Part shown: one piece after another, positions 38,150 through 51,170 of the stretch
How positions within the stretch are numbered: position 1 is the stretch's first letter
Layout of the letters: the number at the start of each line of letters is the position of its first letter
Assembly (NCBI RefSeq): GCF_001194135.2
Contig: NC_068991.1
Span: 65,495,382-65,559,381, forward strand
Direction: 5' to 3'
Length of the DNA stretch: 64,000 bases
From: Octopus bimaculoides
Taxonomy: Eukaryota
Notes under the pieces: model-generated
Database searches by the model: none
Told to the model about the DNA's origin: nothing
The model's input: only the letters and a program-made list of their open reading frames with translations
Translations under genes and position numbers: made by a program

Positions 38150-38945
38150 CGGGAGGGGAGGGGAGAAGGGAGAAGGGGAGGATGAACAGGGGGATGAACA
38201 GGGGGGTGAACAGGGGGGTGAACAGGGAGGAGGAGGAAGATGAAGAGGAGGAGGAGGAGGCGGAAAAGGAAGGGAAGAAGAAGGAAGAGGAGGAAGGGAG
38301 GAGAAGGAAAAGGAAGAGAAGAGAGGAGAAAAAGAAGGAAGAAGAAGAGAAGGGAGGAGAAAGAGAAGGAAGAGGAAGAGAAGGGAGGAGAAAGAGAAGG
38401 AAGAGGAGGAAGAGAAGGGAGGAGAAAGAGAAGGAAGAGGAGGAAGAGAAGGATGAGGAAGAGGAAGAAAAAAGGAAAAGGGAGAAANNNNNNNNNNNNN
38501 NNNNNNNNNNNNNNNNNNNNNNNNNNNNNNNNNNNNNNNNNNNNNNNNNNNNNNNNNNNNNNNNNNNNNNNNNNNNNNNNNNNNNNNNNNNNNNNNNNNN
38601 NNNNNNNNNNNNNNNNNNNNNNNNNNNNNNNNNNNGGGGGGGAGAAGGGGAGAAGGTGGAAGAGGAGGAAGATTATAAGGGTGGCGACAATGGTGGTGGT
38701 GGTGGTGATGGTGGTGGTGGTGGTGAGTATGATGATGGTAAAGAGGAGGATGATGGTGATGATGATGGTGATGCTCGTGGCAATGATGATGACAACAATA
38801 ATAACAGTGATGAGGACGATGATGACGATGATGCTAGCAGTGTTGATTATGACAGTGATGATGACAACGATAATGATTGTGGTGATGACAACAATGATGG
38901 TGGTGATGATGATGATGACTATAATGATGATAATGATGAGGATTA
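38150..38945. repeat. Purine-rich (GAA/GGA)n and (GAT/GGT)n low-complexity tract
   Basis: Direct reading; explains the acidic/basic ORFs. Confidence 0.92.
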
Positions 38946-39594
38946 ATAATTTAGAAGTACATTCATATCATTATTAATTCAACTATCCAGTATTATCCTG
39001 CAAAGAGATTAAGATAATACCACTTTATCTGTTTTTAGCAGTTATTACATATTCAAACACCAAATTCTTTAATGAATTAATGGTTCATCCCAAAATAACT
39101 GCAGGTCATTATTTGTTATTTATAAACACATTAGCTAGGGTTGGATGGAGCTGCAAATTTAGGTATTTGAGTATCTTTTATCTTTTTTTTACTTGTTTCG
39201 GTCATAGAACTGAAGCCTTGTTAGGGCACTGCTTTGAAGGAGTTAGTTGAAGAAATTGACCCTAGTATTTATTCATAAGTCTGGTACTTACTCTATCAGT
39301 CTCTTTTGCCAAACTGCTTTGTTATGGAGATGTAAACAAACCAACACTGATTATCAATTAGTTATGGGATGGACAAACGCAAACACAAAGATGAGCACAT
39401 GCACACACAGACACACATACATGTGTGTGTGTGTGTGATGGGCTTCGACACAGTTTCCATCTATGAAATTCATTCACAAGGCATTGATTAGCCTGGGGCT
39501 ACAGTAAAATACCCTTGCCCAAGACTCTGTGCTGCAGGACTGAACATGAGGCCACATGGTTGCAAAGCAACTTTTCTAACTACATACCCATGCA

Positions 39595-39789
39595 TTGTTG
39601 TTGTTGTTGTTGGCACTCCGTCGCTTACGACGTCGAGGGTTCCAGTTGATCCGATCAACGGAACAGCCTGCTCGTGAAATTAACGTGCAAGTGGCTAAGC
39701 ACTCCACAGACACGTGTACCCTTAACGTAGTTCTCAGGAATATTCAGCGTGACACAGTGTGACAAGGCTGACCCTTTGAATTACAGGCA
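39595..39789 (-). mobile_element. SINE family C, 5'-truncated
   Basis: Matches the 3' half of 56107-56496. Confidence 0.88.
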
Positions 39790-40195
39790 TTTCAATAGGC
39801 ACAGCTATGAGAAACAAAGGAAAACTTACTACAAGAAACAAGTATTCTACACAGTAAGGAAGAGAGAAGCAATATGGTGGAACAGATAAGATATTGCATT
39901 GCTATCTTATAGGTCAACAGGGAGATGTTTATCAACCATTATAACATCTGCAAGATAACAAACACGGAACGTAAATGTTACCTTCAAGAATTATATGACC
40001 AGCAATTTCTATCATTTCCCAAAATGCAGTCAGATATTCTGGTTCCTTGCCAAGAGAATCTCGACTAAATTTCAGTATGGCTGTTTTCACCACCACCATC
40101 ATCATCATGCTCACATCTTAATGTCCACTTTGCCTTCCTTGCATGGGTCAGATGAAGTTTATTGAGATAGATTTTCTTTGATAGGTGCCCTTACT

Positions 40196-40403
40196 CCTCC
40201 ACTCGTTTCAGCCATTTGACTGTGGCCATGCTGGAGCACCACCCCAGTCGAGCAAATCGACCCCAGGACTTATTCTTTGTAAGCCTAGTATTTATTCTAT
40301 CGGCCACTTTTGCCGAACCACTAAGTTACGGGGACGTAAACACACCAGCATCGGTTGTCAAGCGACGCTGGGGGGGGGGACAAACACAGGCACACAAACA
40401 TAT

Positions 40404-40434
<31 letters not shown>

Positions 40435-40660
40435 NNNNNNNNNNNNNNNNNNNNNNNNNNNNNNNNNNNNNNNNNNNNNNNNNNNNNNNNNNNNNNNNNN
40501 NNNNNNNNNNNNNNNNNNNNNNNNNNNNNNNNNNNNNNNNNNNNNNNNNNNNNNNNNNNNNNNNNNNNNNNNNNNNNNNNNNNNNNNNNNNNNNNNNNNN
40601 NNNNNNNNNNNNNNNNNNNNNNCATAAGAATGCTACTTACCACACCACAGCCACTCCTAC
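40196..40660 (-). mobile_element. SINE family A (gapped)
   Basis: Reverse complement of the consensus. Confidence 0.88.
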
Positions 40661-40831
40661 CCTTCATAGGAAAGGCACCAACCTTCACTTGTTTTCAAGC
40701 AAGATAATAATATCCCATGGACAGACATGTTTTGGTAGAATATTGGAAATGAATGACACTGCCTGTATCACAGTGACACTCACCTACGACTATCAGGCGA
40801 TGTCAAGACGAAGATACACACACTCACTCAC

Positions 40832-40872
<41 letters not shown>

Positions 40873-41491
40873 TACACATACACACACACCCACACACACA
40901 CAAACACATACATCCATGAGTGCATATGGCCTCATGATTAGGATGTTGCACTCATATGTGTGCATGTGTGTGTGCGTGTGTGCACATGTGTGTATGTGTG
41001 TGTATGTGTGTGTGTGTGTGTACATGGATGAGGGCATGTGACCTAGTGGTTAGACAGTTGTACTCATGATCATGAGATTGTGTGTTCGATTCTTGGATTG
41101 GACAGTGTGTCGTGTCCTTGAGCAAAACTCTTGATTTTTCTTTGCTCTGTGATCTGGTAGCATGTATCATACTTTCATTAATTGTTTTAAGCACCTATGT
41201 AGTCATGAACCGACAAAGCTGCTCTCTTGGGCCCTCCCATCATTGACCCAGGGGAATACTGAGGGTTGTGATGCCTGGAGGGAAAGAAGGCGGTGCCAGT
41301 ACTCAGCTGGTACTCTATTTTCAGCTGAGTAGACTAGAGTCATGTAAATTTAGGTTCCTTGTTCAAAAATAAAATGTACCATCCAATACAGAAATTGAAC
41401 CAATGACATTATGACTGTCAGCCTGACACTGTATCCACTTGGCCATACACCTTCATAATATCTTATAGTGAAAGATATTTGAATTTTAGAC

Positions 41492-41910
41492 ATAGGCGTA
41501 GGAGTGGCTGTGTGGTAAGTAGCCTACTTACCAACCGCATGATTCCGGGTTCAGTCCCACTGCATGACATCTTGGGCAAGTGTCTTCTACTTTACCCTCG
41601 GGCCGACCAAAGCCTTGTGAGTGAATTTGGTAGACGGAAACTGAAAGAAGCCCGTCGTATATATGTATATATGTATGTATGTGTGTGTATATGTTTGCGT
41701 GTCTGTGTTTGTCCCCCCAACATCGCTTGTCAACCGATGGTGGTGTGTTTACGTCCCCGTAACTTAGCGGTTCGGCAAAAGAGACCGATAGAATAAGTAC
41801 TAAGCTTCCAAAGAATAAGTCCTGGGGTTGATTTGCTCGACTAAAGGTGGTGCTCCAGCATGGCCACAGTCAAATGATTGAAACAAGTAAAAGAGTAAAA
41901 AGAGTAAAGA
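41492..41910 (+). mobile_element. SINE family A, near full length
   Basis: Head ATAGGCGTAGGAGTGGCTGTGTGG to tail GAAACAAGTAAAAGAGT. Confidence 0.9.
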
Positions 41911-42052
41911 GGTAGATATTTTATTATTAAGCATAGGAAGTTGTTTTAAGATGAGTTTCAGGTAGGTATTAGCTGTATTTTCTCCATCAGTCAGTAATTA
42001 GTGATTAAATGAGCTGCTGGAAGTTAATTTATCTGTGAAGATATCTCTACAA

Positions 42053-42285
42053 TTTAATCCTTTAGCATTCAGATTACTCTCTCAAATTTAATCTCTATTT
42101 ACTCTCATTATTTTGAATTAATCATGTCTTATCTTGTAGCTTCAAGATTCCAATGATGCTATTGTTCATTTTTAGAATGACATTGTAGGTAGGTGTGAGG
42201 GGCCAGATCTGGCCAGTTTTCACATAAAACTAGAAGAATATTTAGGCTGGATATGGCTGGTTTGAATGCTAAAAAGCTAAATGAA
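42053..42285. mobile_element. piggyBac-like MITE
   Basis: Termini TTAATCCTTTAGCATTC / GAATGCTAAAAAGCTAA (imperfect inverted, TTAA context); related pieces at ~12504-12660 and ~49030-49215. Confidence 0.6.
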
Positions 42286-42732
42286 ATATTTAGCTTTGTT
42301 AGACAGTGGAGATCCCTGGTGTTCTCGGCCTCCAAACCCTATCCCTGTTCACTGCTACTGGGGCGGAGATGGCTGTCAATAAGTACAAGCCTCATGAATC
42401 AGAGTGGCCCTTCCAGTGCATCTCCCTTATCATCTTCTAGGGCAATACCTTTGTCATTTTGTCTGCTAGGATCATGAGACAGTTTGAATTACAGGAAATC
42501 AGGAGAATGTAAGAATTTCATAGCTTGCTACCTGTAGTTAGTCTGTTGGTGTTGTTTCTGATGGGAGTAACTCAGCTTACCTGTAAATTTCATACCTTAC
42601 ATAGGAATTTGAATATTTTACTCTATTAAATAGGATGACACAACACCCTGATAGCATTCCAATAATATTTTATATAGAGGCGATAAAAATAGAGGTAACT
42701 GTGTGTGTGTGTGTGTGTGTGTGTATACATCT

Positions 42733-42960
42733 TTTTCTTTATTGCCCACAAGGGGCTAAACATAGAGGGGACAAATAAGGACAGACAAAGGGATTAAGTC
42801 GATTACATCGACCCCGGTGCGTAACTGGTATTTAATTTATCGATCCCAAAAGGATGAAAGGCAAAGTCGACCTTGGCGGAATTTGAACTCAGAACGTAAA
42901 GGCAGATGAAATACCGCTAAGCATTTCATCCAGCGTGCTAACGTTTCTGCCAGCTTGCTG
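42733..42960 (-). mobile_element. tRNA-derived SINE family D (Deu/Nin-like central domain), near full length
   Basis: Head GCTGGCAGAAACGTTAGCACGC...GAGTTCAAATTCCGCC and core CCTTTCATCCTTTTGGGATCGATAAATTAAATACCAGTT; remnants at ~4657, 5780, 8040, 9710, 48175. Confidence 0.8.
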
Positions 42961-43983
42961 CCCTGAGCATGTGTGTATACATCTGTGTGTGCATATATAT
43001 ATGGGTATTTTTGTCTGTATGTATGCACTTCTGTGTGTTGGTTTCACCCAAACACATATATAATGAGAGAAGTATAAATTGCTGTTTAGCCCCATTCTTG
43101 TCTTCTTTCTTCCTGTTTTTTTTTTTTTTTTGTGAAACACACAATACCTGAGAGTCTATCATTATCCAATGTGTCCCTTTTTTAATGCAAAAAGGTGTTT
43201 TGTGAAGAAAATTTGGCTGCTATTTCTAGCATCTTAAGTGGTCATCTAGCATTTTTCTTCACTGGGTAAGTCAACTGTTCTCGACCATGTGCAATAAATT
43301 GACACAAAATATTTTTAACAACTTTTATATAATTCCTAATAATATTTAATCATAAAAAATACTAAAAGATTTTCTAAACATTGAATGGCTATGGTGGTTC
43401 ACCTGAGAAAAACAGAAATCAAAGGGGTCCATAGGCAAAAAAAATAGTTCAGAAACACTGGGTTAAGTGGATACAATAGTTGGGTCAGTTTGGTGCAAGT
43501 GACATGGAACTTGTTAGTTCAGAGAAAAGGATGTTGTGGCAACATAGAATAGCAAAGGAAGAAACGTCTGAGCTTCTTGACATGTCTTCACATGTTGCAT
43601 GACCATTGTAAACAAAAGGGGAGTCACAGTTATATCTGGAATGTTCATTGTTTGATAAGCTAGAAGATTCTTATCTTGCATGTACAGCTCATTTAATGTG
43701 TTATGGATTGTCAATTGTCTTTTCTGAATAACTTTGTTTAGATGTTAACCCCAGGAGGATTTGAACATTCAAGCTAGAATGATTGTGTTTGTGTGTGTGT
43801 GTGTGTGTGATGGCATAGCAATATTACTGTCCCAGATATGTGAGCAGGCATCTCTCTCTCTAATAGGAGCGATACTTCATCTTTATAGACAGTCAACAGC
43901 TGATTGGGGTGGGGATGGGGTCAATAAAATAGGTACCAGTGAAGGGTAAGTACTAACAATTAAAATCCATTAATTTGACTTTT

Positions 43984-44301
43984 GTGGAGGCACAATGGCC
44001 CAGTGGTTAGGGCAGTGGACTCGCGGTCATAGGATCGTGGTTTCGATTCCCAGACCGGGCGTTGTGAGTGTTTATTGAGCGAAAACACCTAAAGCTCCAC
44101 GAGGCTCCAGCAGGGGATGGTGGCGAACCCTGCTGTACTCTTCCACCACAACTTTCTCTCACTCTTACTTCCTGTTTCTGTTGTGCCTGTAATTCAAAGG
44201 GTCATCCTTGTCACACTGTGTCATGCTGAATATCCCCGAGAACTACATTAAGGGTACACGTGTCTGTGGAGTACTCAGCCACTTGCACGTTAATTTCATG
44301 A
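43984..44301 (+). mobile_element. SINE family C (3' truncated)
   Basis: A box TGGCCCAGTGG, B box GTTTCGATTCC; body matches other C copies. Confidence 0.88.
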
Positions 44302-44912
44302 AACCCTTACTTGAAATTTAAATATTCAGAAACAACCANNNNNNNNNNNNNNNNNNNNNNNNNNNNNNNNNNNNNNNNNNNNNNNNNNNNNNNNNNNNNN
44401 NNNNNNNNNNNNNNNNNNNNNNNNNNNNNNNNNNNNNNNNNNNNNNNNNNNNNNNNNNNNNNNNNNNNNNNNNNNNNNNNNNNNNNNNNNNNNNNNNNNN
44501 NNNNNNNNNNNNNNNNNNNNNNNNNNNNNNNNNNNNNNNNNNNNNNNNNNNNNNNNNNNNNNNNNNNNNNNNNGTGCAAAAAGATGCATGTGTCATGGAA
44601 TACACTGACATGTTAGTGAAAAGACGACAATTTGGTAAAGTCATTTGCGCAAAGGATAGAATACTTCATGTTATTTGATTCAATTCCTTTAGTTATATTC
44701 TCTGGTTTATCAAACAATGAACAGCCTAGACATAGTTGTGAGTCCTTTTTGTATACAATGATCATGCAACATGCCAAGACATTTCAAGAAGCTCAGACGT
44801 TTCTCTTCCCTTCCTATTTTTACCTCTGTGAAGATGTGGTCCATATTTATCTGGCCTGTGCCTTTGACTTGTCCAGCATAGGAAGCCCTACTAGGAGTTT
44901 TCACTCTGCTTT

Positions 44913-45154
44913 TGTGGTATGACGGTCAGCAACTAGGGAGCTGACCGCTGACTGGAACCGTGAACTGACTGGAACGGTGAGCTGACCGGAAGAGGAAGAA
45001 GGGCAGAGGGAGCCTCGATCGGGATTTCGTGCCCTTTTCGAACGGGGTTGTTGTGAGGAGAGGACGAGCCAAGCGATCGTCTAGGTGTTGGGAGAAGCAG
45101 CTGCTATTTCTAGTGCTCTTCGGGTCGGGCCAGCCGCGAGGATCGGATACCACA
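44913..45154. mobile_element. Possible solo LTR or short TIR element, GC/CpG-rich
   Basis: 8-bp inverted termini TGTGGTAT...ATACCACA; no TSD seen. Confidence 0.4.
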
Positions 45155-46532
45155 GGACAGACTCGTGCAAAAGAAGGAAACCAAGGTAAGCCGATTACTT
45201 CTACTCACACGCATACACCACAACTTTCACAGCTCTCAGGGTCATCAAAGCACACAAGCCATCATATTGCAACAAGGAGTGAACCTTGTGAGGAGACTGG
45301 TGCCAAGCTGTGTTCTGTCTTTAAGAAAAGTCATTCCTTTGGACAACATTGATTGCATGGGAAGAGGAGAATTTCATACTTTGGCAACTACTAGATTTCT
45401 ACAGAAAATACTTTGCCCAGATCTCCACATACAGATGCAGATGTATAGCCAATCCTGATTGATGGAGTCTCTAAAAAGGAGAAATATTAGAAAAAGATAG
45501 AATAATTTGGGCTTACAAGGAAGCCTCTTCCGCATTGGCTCAAATTAAGGTCATGCAATCTTCTACAAACAGCAGACAAATTTCAGTCAAACCACACTCT
45601 AACAGTTGAAACAAGGCTGCAGAACACATTATATAATGTAACCCTGGATATAGTGCACCTGACAAGATCACCACAACTGGAATATTTCTGATCATAATTC
45701 TGCTTGATGAGGGGAGATTTAGACTAAACAACAACTGTTTGATAGAAATCTTAGAAATGTGAACAAGCAGCATCCTACCTTCTGAAACTAAGTCATAAAG
45801 GGAAACTCTATGGCAGGCGGGAGCAAACCTTGACCAATGGAACTTTCTGAATATCACGTCTATCAAAAAATTTCTTTTTTTAATAGAGTTACCTGCCTGA
45901 TGGTATGTGATGTCTCACTTCTTGAGAAAAGGTTGCCCTTGCCTGATCTTTGAGATCACTCAGCCTGCATGAAACAGCAGCCAAAATTATTAATTCATAC
46001 ATCATAGATTTTAATTGATTGAGAAAATGTTCTTTTTTTTATTATCAAAAACTGGCCAAACAAAAAAAACCTCTCTGATATATTTTTGGCAGCAAAGACT
46101 GATTTATTCTTAAACCTGTTGTTCAGCAATTAGGAATCTAGCATGCATCAATGATTAGCACCCATATATCAGCATGTCTGTTATATTTAATAGCTTCCGC
46201 AGTTGTCAGTGTAATAATACAGATGATGTTGGCTAATGAGATAAATGAAGAATGGTTTTCAGAACTGGCTAATAGCTATAACACAATAGAAAAGAGTTAC
46301 TTTGGAGCAGTAGCCATGATATCATGACAATTGTCCTCATAATCATCATCATCATTTTCATCTTCGTTTTCTTTCTTTTCATCATTATATTTCTGCTCCT
46401 CCTTTTCATCATTGCTACCATCACTATTATCATCACTTATCGTCATCACTTTCTTCCTCCTTCTGTCATCATAACTTTAACAACTGTCATCATCACCAAC
46501 ATCACCAGTGTCATATTTTCATCATTATGATC

Positions 46533-46564
<32 letters not shown>

Positions 46565-46893
46565 TACGTTTTCATCATCATAATTACACTTTCATCATCA
46601 TCATCATCATAATTATCATGATTATCAATATCACCATCACATCATTATCATCATCATCTCCACCACCATCACCACTTTCCTCTTCCTCCTCCTGTCTCAT
46701 CATCATCATCATCTTGTTTTTACCCTTATCACCATCACATGCTCAAGCTCCTCCTCTTCTCTTCATCATCATTGTCATGGTTATCAAAATCACCATCACC
46801 ATAATCATCACCATCCCCACATCATCATCATCATCATCATCAACACCATCCGTATTTTAATCTGTTTGCTATTATTGGTTGATGAGTCTTTTA

Positions 46894-47163
46894 TATACTT
46901 TTATTCTTTTACTTGTTTCAGCCATTTGACTGCGGCCATGCTAGAGCAATGCCTTGAAGGGTTTTGAGTTGAACAGATCAACCCCAGGACTTATTTTTAT
47001 TGAAACTAAATACTTATTCTATCAGTCTCTTTTGCTGAACTACTAAGTTACAGGGATATAAACACACCAGCACCAATTGTCAAGCAGTGGTTGGGGTACA
47101 AACACAGATACAAAGACACACACACAGACATATACATACATACATACATACATACATACACAT

Positions 47164-47199
<36 letters not shown>

Positions 47200-47439
47200 G
47201 CCGAACTGCTAAGTTATGGGGATGTAAACATACCAACATTGGTTGTCAAGCAATAATGGGGGGACAAACACAGACATACAAACATATACACATATACACA
47301 CACATGTGTGTGTGTGTACGATGGGCTTCTTTCAGTTTCTGTCTACCAAATCCACTCACAAGGCTTTGGTCAGCCCAAGGCACTTGCCCAAGGTACCACA
47401 TAGTGGGACTGAACCCAGAACCATACAGTTGGTAAGCAA
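46894..47439 (-). mobile_element. Tandem/partially duplicated SINE family A-like copies
   Basis: Two AAGTTA..GGGAT.TAAAC modules, then the head, truncated at the mariner TIR. Confidence 0.75.
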
Positions 47440-48165
47440 TATTAGGTCATCCCACAGCTAATGTGGTTTTTTTTACTTTTTTTTTTTCAAAATTAAGATA
47501 AATGCAGTTCTTTTTTAATCTAAAATATACTCGCCTTCATTTTCTACAATGCTCTTCCATCTATCTGGTAGACTTGCAAGGCCCCTCTTCCAAAATTCAC
47601 TTGTCCATGATGAAAAATACTCCTTCAGTACTATTTTGACCTCAACTACAGAATTCATATTTTTGCCATCCAAATGATTTTGAAGATTGCGGAATAAATG
47701 ATAATTATAAGGGGCAATGTCCAATGAATGTGGTGGGTGGGGCATCGTTTCCCATTCAAACTGCTCCACCCTTTGGAATATCATCCTTGTTGTATGTAGC
47801 CAAGCATTTTCCTGATGGAAGAACACCTTCCATCTTGAAACCAAAGATGGTCGTTTTTCTTCTAGTGCTGACTTAAGCTGCTCACAGTAGATCTCCTTTG
47901 TCATTGTTTGATTTGGACTTGAAAGTTCAAAGTGGACTAAACCTTTCATATCCCATCAAACAGATAACAACACCTTATGTGGGTGAAGACCTTCTTTAGT
48001 CTGGGGTGCCAGTGTTTTATCATTTCCCTACCTACTGTCTTTGGCATTTGACATTTTTATAGAGAACCCATTTCTCATCACCAGTCACTCTTCGGTCCAA
48101 AACAGGTTCACTCCTGAGACGTGACAGCAAAGAAGAGCACACATTTACTCTTTGCGTGTGATTAG
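47440..48165 (-). pseudogene. mariner (D,D34D-type) transposon remnant: transposase C-terminal half + right TIR
   Basis: TGDEKW, YCEQL, FHQENA, PHPPHSLDIAPYNYHLF, W...YILD*; frameshifts. TIR-like TA-TTAGGTCATCCCACAGCTAATGTGGTTTT at 47440-47470. Confidence 0.88.
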
Positions 48166-48437
48166 ACTCAGAATGTTTAGCAGCATTTCGTCTGTCTTTA
48201 CATTCTGAGTTCAAATTCTGCCATGGTTGGATTTGCCTTTCATCCTTCTGGAGGTCACTGAAACAGGTATCAGTTGCACACTGGAGTTGCTGTAATCGAC
48301 TACTTCCTCTTCTCCTTGGAATGACTAACCAAACTATCTAATTAGTTAAACCGTTAATTAATTGACTAATAATAATAAAAGAAGTAAGATAAAACCAGTG
48401 TGTGTCTGTTTGTTATTGGCATAATGACCCACCATTT

Positions 48438-48710
48438 GTGAAGGCACATGGCTCAGTGGTAAGAGTGTTGAGCTTACAATCGTGAGGTTGTGAGTTCGAT
48501 TCCTGGACCGGGCTGTGTGTTGTGTTCTTGAGCAAGACACTTTATTTCACTTTGCTCCAGTTCATTCAGCTGTAGAAATGAGTTGCGATGTCACTGGTGC
48601 CTTTGATTTTCCCTTGGATAACATCGGTGGCGTGATGAGGGGAGGCTGGGCGACTGCTGGTCTTCCATAAAACAACCTTGCCTGGACTTGTACCTCGGAG
48701 GGTAACTATA
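48438..48710 (+). mobile_element. tRNA-derived SINE family E
   Basis: A box TGGCTCAGTGG, B box GTTCGATTCC, core GTGTTCTTGAGCAAGACACTT...CAGCTGTAGAAATGAGT; related copies at ~26935, 27250-27420 (-), 35985, 41030. Confidence 0.8.
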
Positions 48711-49509
48711 TGCTTTACAAAAAATCCCATACTAGTTTTTAAGTTTCCTTTCTTTGTAATGCAGGTCATTTCAGTGCTTCTACATAGGACTCAGACTTCC
48801 TAAAACATGGAAATACATGAGAGCATAAACTAACACGGATATCATTGTCCTCTTTATACTATTAACTATTGTTCAAGAACCCAACTTACAAACTAAAACA
48901 TGTACTTTAAGAGATACCAACACATATATGAATGCCAACTTTATATTATAAGCTATTGTTCTGATTCTCACACAGTGTTGTAGATTAACAACTTAGCTGT
49001 ATGATTTACAGGTTTACTTTGCAACAATGTACTTTTGGGTTTCACCCTTTAACAGTCAAAACCGACCGTATCCAGCCAAAATATTCTGCTTGCTTTATGT
49101 TCAAACTGGACAGATCTGGTGTCTCACACCTACCCAACAATGTCATTTTGAACATAAACAATCACATCATCAAAATCTCAAGGTTATAAAATAATGCAGG
49201 ACAAATTCGAAATAATGTGAACAAGAGCACTCAGAGAGTGCAAACCTGCGCCAATGCAACACCAACGTCCTCTCAACGATTAACCAATGGTTTTTGAAAT
49301 GAGAATATCTCAAAAAAAATCCTTCAATGAATAACATGAGACCTTTTGGTTTTCTTTTCTCTTAAATTCCGGTCTTCCTTTGGTAATCCTGTTATTTTAG
49401 ATCAATGTATAGAATTATGTATATATGTAAGTATACTGTAAAGTGTTAAAATGTATGTATAATCTCCTAATATAATAATGAGCATTGTCTTTTTTAAATA
49501 TTTGTATAT

Positions 49510-49735
49510 ATAGGCACAGGAGTGGCTGTGTGGTAAGTAGCTTGCTTACCAACCACATGGTTCTGGGTTCAGTCCCACTGCGTGACACCTTGGGCAAGTG
49601 TCTTCCACTNNNNNNNNNNGTCCCACTGCGTGACACCTTGGGCAAGTGTCTTCCACTATATCCTCGGGCTAACCAAAGCCTTGTGAGTGGATTTGGTAGA
49701 CGGAAACTGAAAGAAGCTTGGCGTATGTATATATA
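49510..49735 (+). mobile_element. SINE family A 5' half
   Basis: Head matches; the sequence duplicated across the 10-N gap is likely an artefact. Confidence 0.85.
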
Positions 49736-51137
49736 TATATGGTGGTGGTGGTGGGTGATGGTGGTGATGATGATGATGATGATGATGATGACGATGATGA
49801 TGATGATGATGATGATGGTGATTAATCATCCAGAGGAATTAATGGCATTTAAATCTTTGATAGGAAATTAATAATTCAAAAGACTGCTTCTACTTTATTA
49901 ATAACATGGACCCTTTTAACATTGAAGTTTACTATTTCAATAACTAAAGTGCATAAATATATTTAGCAGGCTACTGATAGCTTCAGTATGCCACAGCTAT
50001 ATTTAGTGTACCACATATATTCTAAGTACATAACAAACTTCTAATATGCCACTAATGTCCTGAGTGAGTTTCTGGTATCTTTGCTAAATCTCTGATGATA
50101 TCCTAAGTAAGCCTTAAATATTTTCTGTACGCTGCAGGTATCTACAATATATGTCTGTAGTACACCACAGATATCTTTAGAATGCAACAGATATCCTTAG
50201 ATTGCTGCAGACATCTGTAGAATGTCACAAACATGGGTACAGCTAAAACTGAGTGGTTGAAGAGCTTGCATTGCAACCACGTGCTATGTATCTGTATATG
50301 CATGTATATGTGTATATCTATGTATGTGTGTATGTTTGTATGTATGAATGTATTTATGTATATAGGTGCATACATATACACGTATGTATTTGTGTTTGTG
50401 TATATTTTTCACTAATTTATTTTCGACAAAGGTATAAACATTTTTGAAGAAAGCTGAAGAAATGGTATTTGGGAAATGAAGCCCCTTGCATCAGACTTGG
50501 CAAACTCTTGTAACTCTCACCATCAGAAATCTAGTAAATCAGTGATTGACCTGCTGGAAACCAATGTTAATGCTCACAAACTGCAATATGAGAGAAAAAA
50601 AAATGGGTGAATAAAAAACCCTTGTACCATAGAAAGTTTTAACATTCAACTGATATCTTTGAAATAACACAAACATTGATGTCTTTAGTAAGTCGCGGGT
50701 GTCTTTATTATACTGAAATGGTTTTTGTTTTGCCTATAGTTTAGAAAAACCTCTAAACTGAAAAGCAGAATAAATAAGTATTCGAGAAAATTAGTCAGTT
50801 ATATGTATTCTTTATTCTATGCTTTATTTGTTTTCTTCGTTTCATTCATTGAACTCTGGTCATGCTGAAGTACCATTTTAGATGGTTTAGCCATTTAGAC
50901 TGACCTCAGTACTTAATTTGAAGTCTCTTTTTGCCAAACTGCAAAGTTACAGGGATGTGAACAAGCTGATACCAGTTGTCAGGAAATGGCACACAAACAC
51001 AAAAGCACATAGATGCATCCACATACAAACATATTTTTTACACATTTAGAAGAAAAGAGGTGACAATCACTCCAATGAAGGCTAACAGGCTGAAAATTCA
51101 AAGTTATTGTCACCTCTTTCCTTGCAAAAGTATTTTA

Positions 51138-51170
<33 letters not shown>

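Noticed and set aside
43984-44060. tRNA-like sequences with A/B boxes (also other SINE heads)
   Set aside because: They continue into SINE bodies and lack a full cloverleaf; not tRNA genes.
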